Source: a virus. From it: a stretch of 64,000 nucleotides of DNA. The stretch spans positions 28,213-92,212 of IMG/VR virus record IMGVR_UViG_3300036985_002432; one strand, 5' to 3'. The notes beneath the pieces are model-generated. The model ran no database searches. It was not told the origin of the DNA and saw only the letters and a list, made by a program, of their open reading frames with translations. Both the position numbers and the translations under genes were made by a program. Below are positions 50,239 to 59,354 of the stretch, in pieces (the first letter of the stretch is position 1; the number at the start of each line of letters is the position of its first letter).

Positions 50239-51414
50239 TTACTTGACAGCCATTTTTACAACTGCGTTGTCTCTCATCATTGCTGCAAATTTTACTTTAT
50301 TGCCATTAACAATTTCTTTAACCATGAAATATCTCAAGTCATTAGTAAATGCATCACAATCTGTAGTAAGTTTTACTAATCTATCAATCATTGGAGCTCC
50401 AATTGCATTCTTTTCTGCATGAGTCAAACAATAGTTTACAATTCTAGTTGCAATTACACTTGATATATCTGCTCTAAATTCATCTCCAGAACCAACAGCA
50501 CTTGTTAAAGCACCTAAAACATAAGCTTCATTAACATTTGTTACTGCATCTTTTGGAGATATAATTTTATCAAGTTTATTATTGATAAACATAGTAAACA
50601 TACTTGAGAATTCTGGTCCAACAGAACCTTCACCAATCATTTGAATTAATGGTAACTCATCTTCAAACTTTTGAATAGAACTAATAGAGTTAAAGAAAGT
50701 AGTAATACTTCTTGGATTAACTCTTTGAGTTACTAATTCAGGATTCATCAATAAGAAATTTATACATCTACCATCAATGTTTACTGCTTCTGCCCATCTT
50801 GCCCATACATTAACATCAAATTTAACCTCAACTGAAACAAATCTAGTTTTCTGTGCAACATCTAAAGAAGTTACATTATAATCACCATTGTCTGGATTAG
50901 AAGTTAAGATTACATGCCAGTTTTTTGGAAGACTCCAAGAAATATATTCTTGTCTGTCTATTAATTCCATTGTAGCTTGCATAAATCTATGATCAGCTCT
51001 TGTATAATCATCTAGGATAAGAAATCCACCTTCTGTTTGACCTTGAATCCATTCAGGAGCAGCATGTGACATACGGCTTTGATTAGTAGGTCTATATTTA
51101 TTTTTGATATAAGTTTCCATTAAAGTTTCTTGTACCCAAGTTACTTTACCATCTTCTCTAATCATCTCAAATTCTTTAAACGGGAAACCAATTAAGTCAC
51201 CCAACTCTTCTATCTGTGATAGATTTAATTTTACAACTGACATACTAAGTTCATTAGCAAGTTGCATTAAAGATGAAGTCTTACCAAGACCTGCATCACC
51301 TTCAATATTTACTGCAACTGGCACTTTACCTTGTGCTTGAATATACTGGTTATTATTAACCATGTGCTTTAAATAACCTTTTAATTCATCTACGTTTAAT
51401 TGTACTTGACTCAT
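50239..51414 (-). CDS. MoxR-like AAA+ ATPase
   Basis: Walker A GDAGLGKT, Walker B LILDDYTRA, LTSNP sensor, NPRS motif; neighbouring vWA gene. Confidence 0.85.
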   Translation of the reverse strand: MSQVQLNVDELKGYLKHMVNNNQYIQAQGKVPVAVNIEGDAGLGKTSSLMQLANELSMSVVKLNLSQIEELGDLIGFPFKEFEMIREDGKVTWVQETLMETYIKNKYRPTNQSRMSHAAPEWIQGQTEGGFLILDDYTRADHRFMQATMELIDRQEYISWSLPKNWHVILTSNPDNGDYNVTSLDVAQKTRFVSVEVKFDVNVWARWAEAVNIDGRCINFLLMNPELVTQRVNPRSITTFFNSISSIQKFEDELPLIQMIGEGSVGPEFSSMFTMFINNKLDKIISPKDAVTNVNEAYVLGALTSAVGSGDEFRADISSVIATRIVNYCLTHAEKNAIGAPMIDRLVKLTTDCDAFTNDLRYFMVKEIVNGNKVKFAAMMRDNAVVKMAVK

Positions 51415-51424
51415 CTTTCTTTTT

Positions 51425-52165
51425 TTATAGTTCTAATTTAATTACTTTTCCCTTACACTTAAATCCATGTGTAAGAGCTTTTCTAACTGTGCCTTCATTG
51501 GCATTAATATATACAGCTGCTTCTTTTATACTATTAACCTTAATCTCAATTCCTTGATCAATAATTATAAGATTTTTAACAGTCCGGGGATTTCTTTGTC
51601 TTTTAGAAATACATTGAATTGTATTTAGTTTTTCTTTTTTCCATTGATATCCACTAGCAGATTTAATATCTCCTTTTGCAGCATCTCCTATAGATGTAGC
51701 ATTTCCATTAATAGCTAAAGCAGCTTTTCTTATTGTATCATATTCATTTACATAATTACCATCCAAAGTATACTGATATACTTTTATTGAAGCATGATTT
51801 TCTTTACCTAACCTTTTATTTGTGTTAGCCATACTTAACTTTTTTCTTGTTTCAACACTTTTTGCATGTGTTACAGGATTCCTTTCTACATTTACATCAC
51901 AATTATAGTATTCAATATAATAAGCTTCTCTTTCTATGTAATTATCACAAATTTCAATAAGTTTAAAACTAATATCATTGGGATACTTATCATAAATTCT
52001 TTGTAAAAAACTATTATAATGTTTTCCTTTTCTTAATACAAGTACATGTTGCTTATACCTTTCATATAAACTAATACTGCTTCCAATATATTTGTGAGAA
52101 TTACACTCAATAATATATACCCCAGATTTTCTAACTAAATCTTCTTTTAATGTTAATAATTTCAT
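51425..52165 (-). mobile_element. Free-standing GIY-YIG homing endonuclease gene with NUMOD1-like repeats
   Basis: GVYII..YIGSS..R...H, REAYYI, two NUMOD1-like units (VYQYTLDG..Y.TIRKAA; SIKEAA); ATG at 52165. Confidence 0.9.
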
Positions 52166-52168
52166 ATA

Positions 52169-52176
52169 CAAATATA
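52169..52176 (-). promoter_or_regulatory. Bacteroidota-type -7 element TATATTTG for the GIY-YIG gene
   Basis: TATATTTG-TAT-ATG; only 3 nt before the start codon. Confidence 0.65.
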
Positions 52177-52194
52177 CATATAAAAAATGTGATC

Positions 52195-52211
52195 AAGTAA
52201 TTAAATTAGAA
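52195..52211. repeat. 17-bp perfect inverted repeat of 51431-51447
   Basis: AAGTAATTAAATTAGAA (52195-52211) is the reverse complement of TTCTAATTTAATTACTT (51431-51447). Confidence 0.95.
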
Positions 52212-53408
52212 TTAAAGTTCAAGTTTTATAACTTTTCCCGGAAGTTCCGTGTTTAATTCTGATTGTTCAGAAATTACCCATAATACGGGTGCTTTTGGTT
52301 TAACATCTGCTGTACATTCACCATCAGTAAAATATACTAAACTTGTATATTTCCGCAGATTCTCATTATAATATTCCAAAACTGGATCAAATTCAGTACC
52401 GCCTCTGCCAGATATAGCAATGCCTCCAAATTTACCAGTATATTCTTTTATACTTTGTATTACAGTATCACATTGAATTATAGTAATACCAACTCCAGAC
52501 TTATGAATATGATGTATCTCATTCATAAATTCTTTAAGTTCTTGATCACTTACAGATCCAGAAGTATCAATAGCCAATAACATATGTTGCCTCATCTTAA
52601 TCTTAAGACCCGGATTATCTGTATATCTTCTATTTTCTTTTCTTCTAATCTTCTTAGTAAATACTTTTGTGCTAACACCAGTAAACCTACGGATATAACT
52701 TTTCCAGTCAAACTTAGGCTTTTCAATCTTATCCATTTCAAGTAGATAATCACTCAATTCTCCAGGTATATTACCTCTTTTCTTTTGAGTCATTTCTGCT
52801 GCATGTTTTAACAGAGTATCTACTTGTTTATTAATTAACTTTTGCTCAGCTTCAGATAAATTAGCAAACTCATCCCATGTAGGATGATCTGATGGGTATC
52901 CATCTTCAGAATCCATTTGATCACATAATTGATCAAAGTTTGCATCTCCAGATGTACCATTTTTATCTTTTTCTTCTTTAGCTTCACTAAGTTTATCATA
53001 ATAATATCTAGTACCTGCTTTAAGATCAAGATTAAGATCTGGATAATCTTCAATCATAATACCACCTTCAGGTAGTAAGTGAGATAGAATATACTGATTA
53101 ATCTCCATATCCATAGCTGTATTAGCTAATTTTCTATCAGAATACTTATGGTGTTCTGTAAGATGAAAGAAAGCAATATGTAATAGCTCATGTTTAAGTA
53201 ATCCAAATTTATGGTCATCACTAAGTGTTTCCCAAAACTCTGGATTTATAGCCAACTGGTAATTAATACCATTTTTACTTACTCCGGCTGTAGGAACAAC
53301 TCTTTTGTTCCATATTTTATTTAACATTATCAGTAAAAAACCATAAAATGGCTCAGCCAAAATAAGATTTTTACTTATCTTGGCTAAAGAATCTTCTTTA
53401 CTCTGCAT
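52212..53408 (-). CDS. DUF2201-type metallopeptidase-vWA domain protein
   Basis: HELLH zincin motif, MIDAS DTSGS, GRGGTEF and YFTDG; partner of the MoxR-like ATPase. Confidence 0.88.
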   Translation of the reverse strand: MQSKEDSLAKISKNLILAEPFYGFLLIMLNKIWNKRVVPTAGVSKNGINYQLAINPEFWETLSDDHKFGLLKHELLHIAFFHLTEHHKYSDRKLANTAMDMEINQYILSHLLPEGGIMIEDYPDLNLDLKAGTRYYYDKLSEAKEEKDKNGTSGDANFDQLCDQMDSEDGYPSDHPTWDEFANLSEAEQKLINKQVDTLLKHAAEMTQKKRGNIPGELSDYLLEMDKIEKPKFDWKSYIRRFTGVSTKVFTKKIRRKENRRYTDNPGLKIKMRQHMLLAIDTSGSVSDQELKEFMNEIHHIHKSGVGITIIQCDTVIQSIKEYTGKFGGIAISGRGGTEFDPVLEYYNENLRKYTSLVYFTDGECTADVKPKAPVLWVISEQSELNTELPGKVIKLEL

Positions 53409-53826
53409 TATCTTTAAGTTTTGTAATTATTTCAAACTTGTCAGTAGGATATCCCCATGCATCCATAATAGACATCAAGTGTTTATTATGAAAATCTAAA
53501 AACAATAACATAACTTCTTTATTAGCTTTGTGAGTAATTAGTTTATGAAATACTACAGGCATACTTGGTGTACCAATATTTTTTAAATCTGAGCTCTCTA
53601 ACATTTTAATTGACTCAAGATATTTTATCATCTTTGGACAATTTTGTTTCCATTCTTCTGGAGTTACATTTACAAATTTATACAATACATATATTGCATC
53701 TGAAGATCTTTTAATATCAGAATTTTCAATGGCCATAAAAGCCATATTTCTATTATCTTCTTCTTGTGAATTTAGCATCATTCTTAAGTTTATTACTTCT
53801 TCAGTTCCTATTATTACTTTACTCAT
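53398..53826 (-). CDS. Hypothetical protein
   Basis: 142-aa ORF, TAATG-coupled. Confidence 0.75.
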   Translation of the reverse strand: MSKVIIGTEEVINLRMMLNSQEEDNRNMAFMAIENSDIKRSSDAIYVLYKFVNVTPEEWKQNCPKMIKYLESIKMLESSDLKNIGTPSMPVVFHKLITHKANKEVMLLFLDFHNKHLMSIMDAWGYPTDKFEIITKLKDNAE

Positions 53827-54017
53827 TAGTCTTCAATTTTTAATCCTTCTTCATCTAAATAATATAAATCCATTAATGTACCATTTAAGTCCATCATAAC
53901 CATATATGCAGGATTATCTGTATCAACAGCATCCATGTCATAATTACTTTCTAAAAGTTCTATAGCTTCATTAATTAAAGCTTCTACTTTTTCTCTAATT
54001 TGTTCTACTCTTTCCAT
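53826..54017 (-). CDS. Hypothetical acidic protein (63 aa) flanked by 19-bp direct repeats
   Basis: ORF track; repeats at 53824-53842 and 54015-54033. Confidence 0.75.
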   Translation of the reverse strand: MERVEQIREKVEALINEAIELLESNYDMDAVDTDNPAYMVMMDLNGTLMDLYYLDEEGLKIED

Positions 54018-54079
54018 TAGTCTTCTATTTTTAGTGTTTTAATCATCCATTCTGTGGGTGTATTTATATTATCCACCCA
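54017..54079 (-). pseudogene. Orphaned 3' end of the DUF6915-like gene (WVDNINTPTEWMIKTLKIED*)
   Basis: Manual translation matches the C-terminus of 55149-55496 (WVTMIASGKLESWAIKTLKIED*) and still overlaps the next ATG (TAATG). Confidence 0.8.
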
Positions 54080-54092
54080 TCTTATTCTGATT

Positions 54093-54299
54093 TTATCCAC
54101 ATTGATATTGTTCTCCATTTTGTGCAATAGCATCTAATACTCTAAATAAAGGAACCAATACAGTACCATTGGTATAGACTTCTTCTTTATCTTTAAAGCT
54201 ATAATTAATTATAAAATCAATAATCTTAAGTTGATCATCTGTCATACCAACTAATCTGCTTTTTACAGATATATCATTTTTTATTTCTTCTTTTTCCAT
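54093..54299 (-). CDS. Hypothetical protein flanked by 17-bp direct repeats
   Basis: Probable start ATG 54299 (MEKEEIK; ATG 54317 is the alternative); repeats at 54077-54093 and 54296-54312. Confidence 0.7.
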   Translation of the reverse strand: MEKEEIKNDISVKSRLVGMTDDQLKIIDFIINYSFKDKEEVYTNGTVLVPLFRVLDAIAQNGEQYQCG

Positions 54300-54334
54300 C
54301 TTATTCTGATTTATCATTTCTATTTAATATTATT

Positions 54335-55087
54335 TCAAAATAAATTATCATGAATAGCCTTTATCCATGTTTTAAATTCTGCAAGTGTCATCTTACCTTT
54401 ACATCTATTACATTGTTTACAACAAGCAACACAGTTTTCCTTATTATATCCAATAGTATTATCTACTCTATCTATCCCATTATAATAAAACGGAACACCT
54501 GATCTAACTTTTTTAGTTCTAGCATCTAATATTTGATATAACTGAGAAGGTTGTCTATTACAATAAGTACAATTATTAGAACTGATATTAATTAATTCAT
54601 CAAGTGTTAATTTAAAATCAAGTTCTCTTTCTTTTGCATGATAAACATATGATCTATACAAACCTTTATAACCAGTAAGTATGTTTTTTTTATTTTCAAA
54701 AGGAAAACATGGAGATTTACCACAAGTTCTTGTATTCCCATTTATAACAGCACTGTAAGGAAGCCATTTTTGATCTCCACATTCACATTGCACATGTAAT
54801 AAAGTGGATGTCTTATTATCTTTTTTAACACTTTTTCTACCAAGATATATAAACTTTGTAGGATCTCCATGTTTACTATAAAGTTTTTGATTTAATTCAA
54901 ATTCTTTTCTAGTAACTGCAGCTTTACCTTTCTCATATATCTTATTAAGATTATTTCTTTTAACAACTCTTTCAATGATACCTCTTTTTAAACTTTCTTG
55001 TTTTGCAAATGCCAACATACTAAGTGAACTGTTTAAATATTTGGTAATCAACTGTTTTTCTTGCTCTGAACCAGGAAGTATTTTCAT
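54335..55087 (-). mobile_element. Free-standing HNH-type homing endonuclease gene
   Basis: CECG..G.TRTCG motif, CTYC, NGIDRVDNTIGY..NCVACCKQCNRCK; ATG at 55087. Confidence 0.85.
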
Positions 55088-55118
55088 AATTGTAATTGTT
55101 ATATATTTATATTTTATA

Positions 55119-55126
55119 CAAATATA
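55119..55126 (-). promoter_or_regulatory. Bacteroidota-type -7 element TATATTTG for the HNH gene
   Basis: Exact TAnnTTTG match in the intergenic gap, 31 nt upstream of the ATG. Confidence 0.6.
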
Positions 55127-55148
55127 CAAATAAATATAACTAAAACAA

Positions 55149-55496
55149 TTAATCTTCTATTTTCAAGGTCTTTATAGCCCAAGATTCAAGTTTTCCTGAA
55201 GCTATCATCGTAACCCATTCTTTAGCAGTAGGGATATAGTTATTACAATCCTCTTTTACATGTTGTTCTCCAATATATCTGACATATACATCTTTACCAT
55301 CACAATTAGTAATAGTCATACCAAATCTTTTCTCACATTCAAATATTCCCTCACTGTGGTGACGGAACATTCTATGTTTACTGTGTCCAATCCATGCTTT
55401 AGTTTCATCAAACCATTTATGAATCTCTATATAATCTATTGCTGAACCACCAAACTTTCTAGCTGATGATATAGCATGTTGCCAAGGATGTGCCAT
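55149..55496 (-). CDS. DUF6915-like His-rich protein
   Basis: MAHPWQHA.SS.RKFGG, IH.WFDETK, HR.FRHHSEGIF, EQHVKED. Confidence 0.7.
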   Translation of the reverse strand: MAHPWQHAISSARKFGGSAIDYIEIHKWFDETKAWIGHSKHRMFRHHSEGIFECEKRFGMTITNCDGKDVYVRYIGEQHVKEDCNNYIPTAKEWVTMIASGKLESWAIKTLKIED

Positions 55497-55894
55497 TATT
55501 CTAAAGTTTTATTAATTAAATCTCCTTCATGTTCATAATCTTCAGTATGTGTTATATTAATACTATTAAATATTTTATATTCTCCTGAAGGTACTTTTAT
55601 ACATAAATAGCCCTGACCACCTTCATTATTCCACCAATCTTCAATACTATCAAGTATTTTTTCTTGAGCAAAATCTTCTAAATCACCATATATACTTGTA
55701 CTTAATGTTTCTAATTGATTTTCACCCCAAACATTAATATCATGTATATCTTCCCAAGTCATATTTGGCGTTTGTGAATATACAATTCTTTCAATTGCAC
55801 CACTATCTCCGCCACCTTCATAATATACATTAAGTGCAGTAATACCAAGATCAGTCAGCCCTACTAGTAGAGTCTGCATTTTTAATTCATCCAT
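55496..55894 (-). CDS. DUF6878-like acidic protein
   Basis: YEGGGDSGAIE and WWNNEGGQG motifs; coupled to the DUF6915-like gene. Confidence 0.65.
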   Translation of the reverse strand: MDELKMQTLLVGLTDLGITALNVYYEGGGDSGAIERIVYSQTPNMTWEDIHDINVWGENQLETLSTSIYGDLEDFAQEKILDSIEDWWNNEGGQGYLCIKVPSGEYKIFNSINITHTEDYEHEGDLINKTLE

Positions 55895-55896
55895 AA

Positions 55897-56322
55897 TTAT
55901 TTTGTTTTATAAAACCTACCTAAGATATTTCCATTAAGGAATTCTTCTTTCTCAAGCACTTCATATTTAAATTGGTGCTTTACTTCTTGATAAGTTAATT
56001 CAGTTGCTGAATAGCAAATTACTAAAATTTCTCTTTTAATTTTACATCCAGCTTTATGAGCTTCTTTTAATTGTTGATTACTACTATAGTAATTTTCAAA
56101 ATTAGGTTTTAACTCTCTAGTGTATTTCTTTAATCTTTTGTCTGTAACTAAAGCAAGTGCTTTTTTACCTATAGGTTTTTTAACATTAGCAAAAAAATTC
56201 TTTTTACCAATGTATGCAACAGACTTGTTCTGTATTATTGCAGTCATACGGTAAATAAATCCAATACTACCGTTTGGTATACAGAATTCATCAAACTCTT
56301 TTCCTTTATATATCCAACTCAT
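55897..56322 (-). CDS. Short GIY-YIG-fold nuclease (Seg-like)
   Basis: GFIYRMT..YIGKKNF..NYYSS, TYQE, N.NI motifs; no NUMOD tail. Confidence 0.65.
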   Translation of the reverse strand: MSWIYKGKEFDEFCIPNGSIGFIYRMTAIIQNKSVAYIGKKNFFANVKKPIGKKALALVTDKRLKKYTRELKPNFENYYSSNQQLKEAHKAGCKIKREILVICYSATELTYQEVKHQFKYEVLEKEEFLNGNILGRFYKTK

Positions 56323-57290
56323 ATTATTTTTTTTATTAGTTTTAATAATACATCTTTAGTAAAATCAACACCATATGCTTTTACAGTATCAGATAAATCT
56401 TTTTCAAATCCTAAATTAATAAAATCTAAATCATATCTTTCTTTATACCTAAGCATAGCTTTTATACCTGCTTCATCATTATCAAATAAAACTATTACTT
56501 TTTTATATTTTGTTTTTAATTTTATTATTATACTTTCTGCAATCATACTATTCTCACTGTCTGGTGCAATAGATTCTATATTATCAATACCAAGTCTAGT
56601 AAAACACATTAAGTCCTTTAAAGATGATGTAATGAGCAAATAATCCTTACCAACAAGTTGATCAACACCTTGTATGTAGTTTTCTACTTTAACAAATTTT
56701 TTATCCGGAGTTTTAGGAAGATAGATTTTATATAAACTACCATCATTTCTAAAATATCCATACAAATAATTACGTGATGTAGTTATTACACTTTCAGTAC
56801 CATCTGGTTCTTCTTTAGTCATTGTAAAATAAGCTAGAGGAGATACATTATAATAAGCTAATAGATTTGAATTAATCTTAAAGCCTCTCCAAAATGATTC
56901 ATCTAAATTATTCCAGTGTCTGATTTGAAAATCAGTAACTTTAAATCTATCATATACTTTTATTTCAGTTGCTGTATGAGATACATTATACTTTGTAAAT
57001 TCAGCATAATCATTTTCAATTTTTAATACGCAATCACGGTACTCTATGTTAAACAAATACATCACTAAGTTGATGCTATTGCCTTGATAACCAGATGAAA
57101 AATCCTTAAATCTATATTCAGAATTATGAACATCATAGTACACACACATAGAAGGTGTTTTTTCTGATTTAAATACAGAACTTATTTTTATATCTTGACC
57201 ATCAAGTTTTTCATTTAAGTTTAGATAATATTCAAATATCCATTCAATGGGTATGTCTTTAATGCCATATATATTTTTTGTAGAAATCAT
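56319..57290 (-). CDS. dnaG: DNA primase (TOPRIM) with degenerate Zn-binding domain
   Basis: EKTPSM..FKDFSSG N-terminal domain lacking the CHC2 cysteines; LFDNDEAG; KDLSD. Confidence 0.8.
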   Translation of the reverse strand: MISTKNIYGIKDIPIEWIFEYYLNLNEKLDGQDIKISSVFKSEKTPSMCVYYDVHNSEYRFKDFSSGYQGNSINLVMYLFNIEYRDCVLKIENDYAEFTKYNVSHTATEIKVYDRFKVTDFQIRHWNNLDESFWRGFKINSNLLAYYNVSPLAYFTMTKEEPDGTESVITTSRNYLYGYFRNDGSLYKIYLPKTPDKKFVKVENYIQGVDQLVGKDYLLITSSLKDLMCFTRLGIDNIESIAPDSENSMIAESIIIKLKTKYKKVIVLFDNDEAGIKAMLRYKERYDLDFINLGFEKDLSDTVKAYGVDFTKDVLLKLIKKII

Positions 57291-57308
57291 ACTAATTTTA
57301 TTAAATAG

Positions 57309-57338
57309 AAAAGGGAGACCATTTTCAAATCTCCCTTT
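57309..57338 (-). terminator. Intrinsic terminator
   Basis: AAAGGGAGA/TCTCCCTTT stem with a T-rich tail on the minus strand. Confidence 0.75.
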
Positions 57339-57351
57339 AGCTAAATATTAA

Positions 57352-58029
57352 TTAGTCTAAACTGAAATCTGAAGATGCTCTTGGTGGTACAGAAAAGTCA
57401 TCTGCATCAAAAGCTGTTACTGGTTTTACTTCCATTTTCTTAAGGTGTTCTGCTTCTGAATATTTCATAACATTACCACCTTCTTCTGTATATGCATAAC
57501 CACTTTTGCTTCCTTTTGCAATCCATAAATCATGATTAATATATCCTGATTTACCTTCATACTCTTTACCAGCAATGCAAATATCTAAAAATATATCTTT
57601 AAATGGTGCATCATTGTTAAAAGCTTCAATAAAATCTTCAATTGTATCATGTTTATCATTCTGTGCAAGGAACCAATCATAAGTACCTAATGTCATGTTA
57701 AAGTTTTTAAGAAATATCATCAAAGATTTATCTCTAAAAATTTCAACACCTGACTTAGTCTTACCATCAGCAAATGCATATTGACTAGCTTTTAATCTAC
57801 CAATCTGACCTTCATAATGTCCTTTACTTTCATCATCTTTATCAATCATAAATCCTTCAAACCCTTCAATTGGTTTAGTTTCTACATTTAACATAAGATG
57901 TTTTGCACCCGGTATAAATTTAAAATCATCAAGATATACATTGTTAATTCTTACTGTATGATTGCCTGGTGCAATTGTTTTTGGTAATCCTCCACCACCT
58001 TCTGGTAAATCTGTTGTGCTTAAAGCCAT
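57352..58029 (-). CDS. Putative single-stranded DNA-binding protein
   Basis: Adjacent to a Sak4-like ATPase and primase; acidic/aromatic C-terminal tail (FDADDF..DFSLD). Inferred from context. Confidence 0.5.
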   Translation of the reverse strand: MALSTTDLPEGGGGLPKTIAPGNHTVRINNVYLDDFKFIPGAKHLMLNVETKPIEGFEGFMIDKDDESKGHYEGQIGRLKASQYAFADGKTKSGVEIFRDKSLMIFLKNFNMTLGTYDWFLAQNDKHDTIEDFIEAFNNDAPFKDIFLDICIAGKEYEGKSGYINHDLWIAKGSKSGYAYTEEGGNVMKYSEAEHLKKMEVKPVTAFDADDFSVPPRASSDFSLD

Positions 58030-58055
58030 TTTATTTATTTTTTATTTGTTATTAA

Positions 58056-58808
58056 TTAATCTACAAAAACTTTTTCCCAGTAAGTTTTATACTCACCGTT
58101 TTCATCTATTTCTGCTATTACTATTTCTTCATTTCTAAGATGTTCTGGTCTTGCACCGCAAGAGATATCATCATTAGTCTTAAAGCTTAAGATATTCTTG
58201 TTACCTTTTCTGTACAAGTATCCAATTGCATCTGAGTTAGAAGTAGTAATCCTTTTTAATTTACCCGTTAAGTCTAAGTCCATGGATGTAAATGTTCCAC
58301 CTGCTTTTTCTAACTGAGTATCTTTTACGTGACCAACAAAGATTACATAGGGAGCCCATGTTCTTATATAATCAATCACTTTAGTAAAAGCTTGTCTTGT
58401 CCAATAGTAACCGGCACCTTCAGGCAAACCTAAAATAGTACCATACTTTACTTTACCACCTGTTTCAGGAGTAAACCAGTTTTTACCCATTGGAGATTTA
58501 GAATACATAACTTCTGCATATGGAATAATCATTTCTTCCAATGCTGTTATAGTATCTACAGCTACATATTTGTAAGGATTTCCTGCTTCTTTGATAGCTT
58601 GGCCTATTTCTCTGATTTCCTCAAAGGTTTTAGCTTCTACTTTCATAGCATTTAAATACTTTGAACCTCCTTCTAAATCTAAGATTAAACAATTATCTAG
58701 TGTAGATAATAAACTTGTTTTACCTATTTTAGGTTTAGAAAAGATTATTAAGTTAGTAGGGCTCTTATGACTTGGAGCAACTCTACTTGTTGGTAATACA
58801 ATTCCCAT
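58056..58808 (-). CDS. AAA_24 / Sak4-like ATPase (recombination)
   Basis: SKPKIGKTS Walker A, LDLEGG, VAVDTIT, FVGH, SDAIGYL. Confidence 0.8.
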   Translation of the reverse strand: MGIVLPTSRVAPSHKSPTNLIIFSKPKIGKTSLLSTLDNCLILDLEGGSKYLNAMKVEAKTFEEIREIGQAIKEAGNPYKYVAVDTITALEEMIIPYAEVMYSKSPMGKNWFTPETGGKVKYGTILGLPEGAGYYWTRQAFTKVIDYIRTWAPYVIFVGHVKDTQLEKAGGTFTSMDLDLTGKLKRITTSNSDAIGYLYRKGNKNILSFKTNDDISCGARPEHLRNEEIVIAEIDENGEYKTYWEKVFVD

Positions 58809-58811
58809 TAT

Positions 58812-59348
58812 TTAAGATTTTATTAAATCATTTAACCATTTCTTTTGACTCACTGGCTTCTGCAACATAATAGCTGCAAGATCTCTAATAGTTAAACTAG
58901 ATAGAGGAGCATCAGTATTTGGATCCATAAGCTCATCAAAATCAGGAAATAGTTCTTGCTGTTCAGGAAGAGAATCTTCTCTAGCAATTTCTATTTTAAT
59001 CAATTCAGCTACAGGAATAAGATATCTTACATCTCCTTTAGCATTTGGTTCTGTAGTATCATACTCTGTATCATAGTGAGGATTATATCTCCACTTATAT
59101 AGGGTACGGTTTACATCTTCCGGGTCAAGTTCAATACTGACAAATTCAGTATAAATATCTTCACCTTTTTTTACTTCACTTAGAAAAAATCCAATCACAT
59201 GTTCTGCACCTCCATATGGCTTATATGCACATTTTGGTATAAACAATGGATTTTCAATTTCAAGTAGTTCAAACTTATGCATGTGTTCTTTGAACAAATC
59301 CATAGTCTTCTCTTTCCTATTTAAAGGATCTTTAGTTGATAAACTCAT
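58812..59348 (-). CDS. Hypothetical protein
   Basis: 178-aa ORF in the replication operon. Confidence 0.75.
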   Translation of the reverse strand: MSLSTKDPLNRKEKTMDLFKEHMHKFELLEIENPLFIPKCAYKPYGGAEHVIGFFLSEVKKGEDIYTEFVSIELDPEDVNRTLYKWRYNPHYDTEYDTTEPNAKGDVRYLIPVAELIKIEIAREDSLPEQQELFPDFDELMDPNTDAPLSSLTIRDLAAIMLQKPVSQKKWLNDLIKS

Positions 59349-59354
59349 TTTTTA

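Noticed and set aside
15083-55149. Group I introns or inteins housing the three endonucleases
   Set aside because: Flanking gaps are only 2-62 nt of AT-rich sequence with no room for a ribozyme core, host genes are complete without splicing, and no intein splice-junction motifs were seen.
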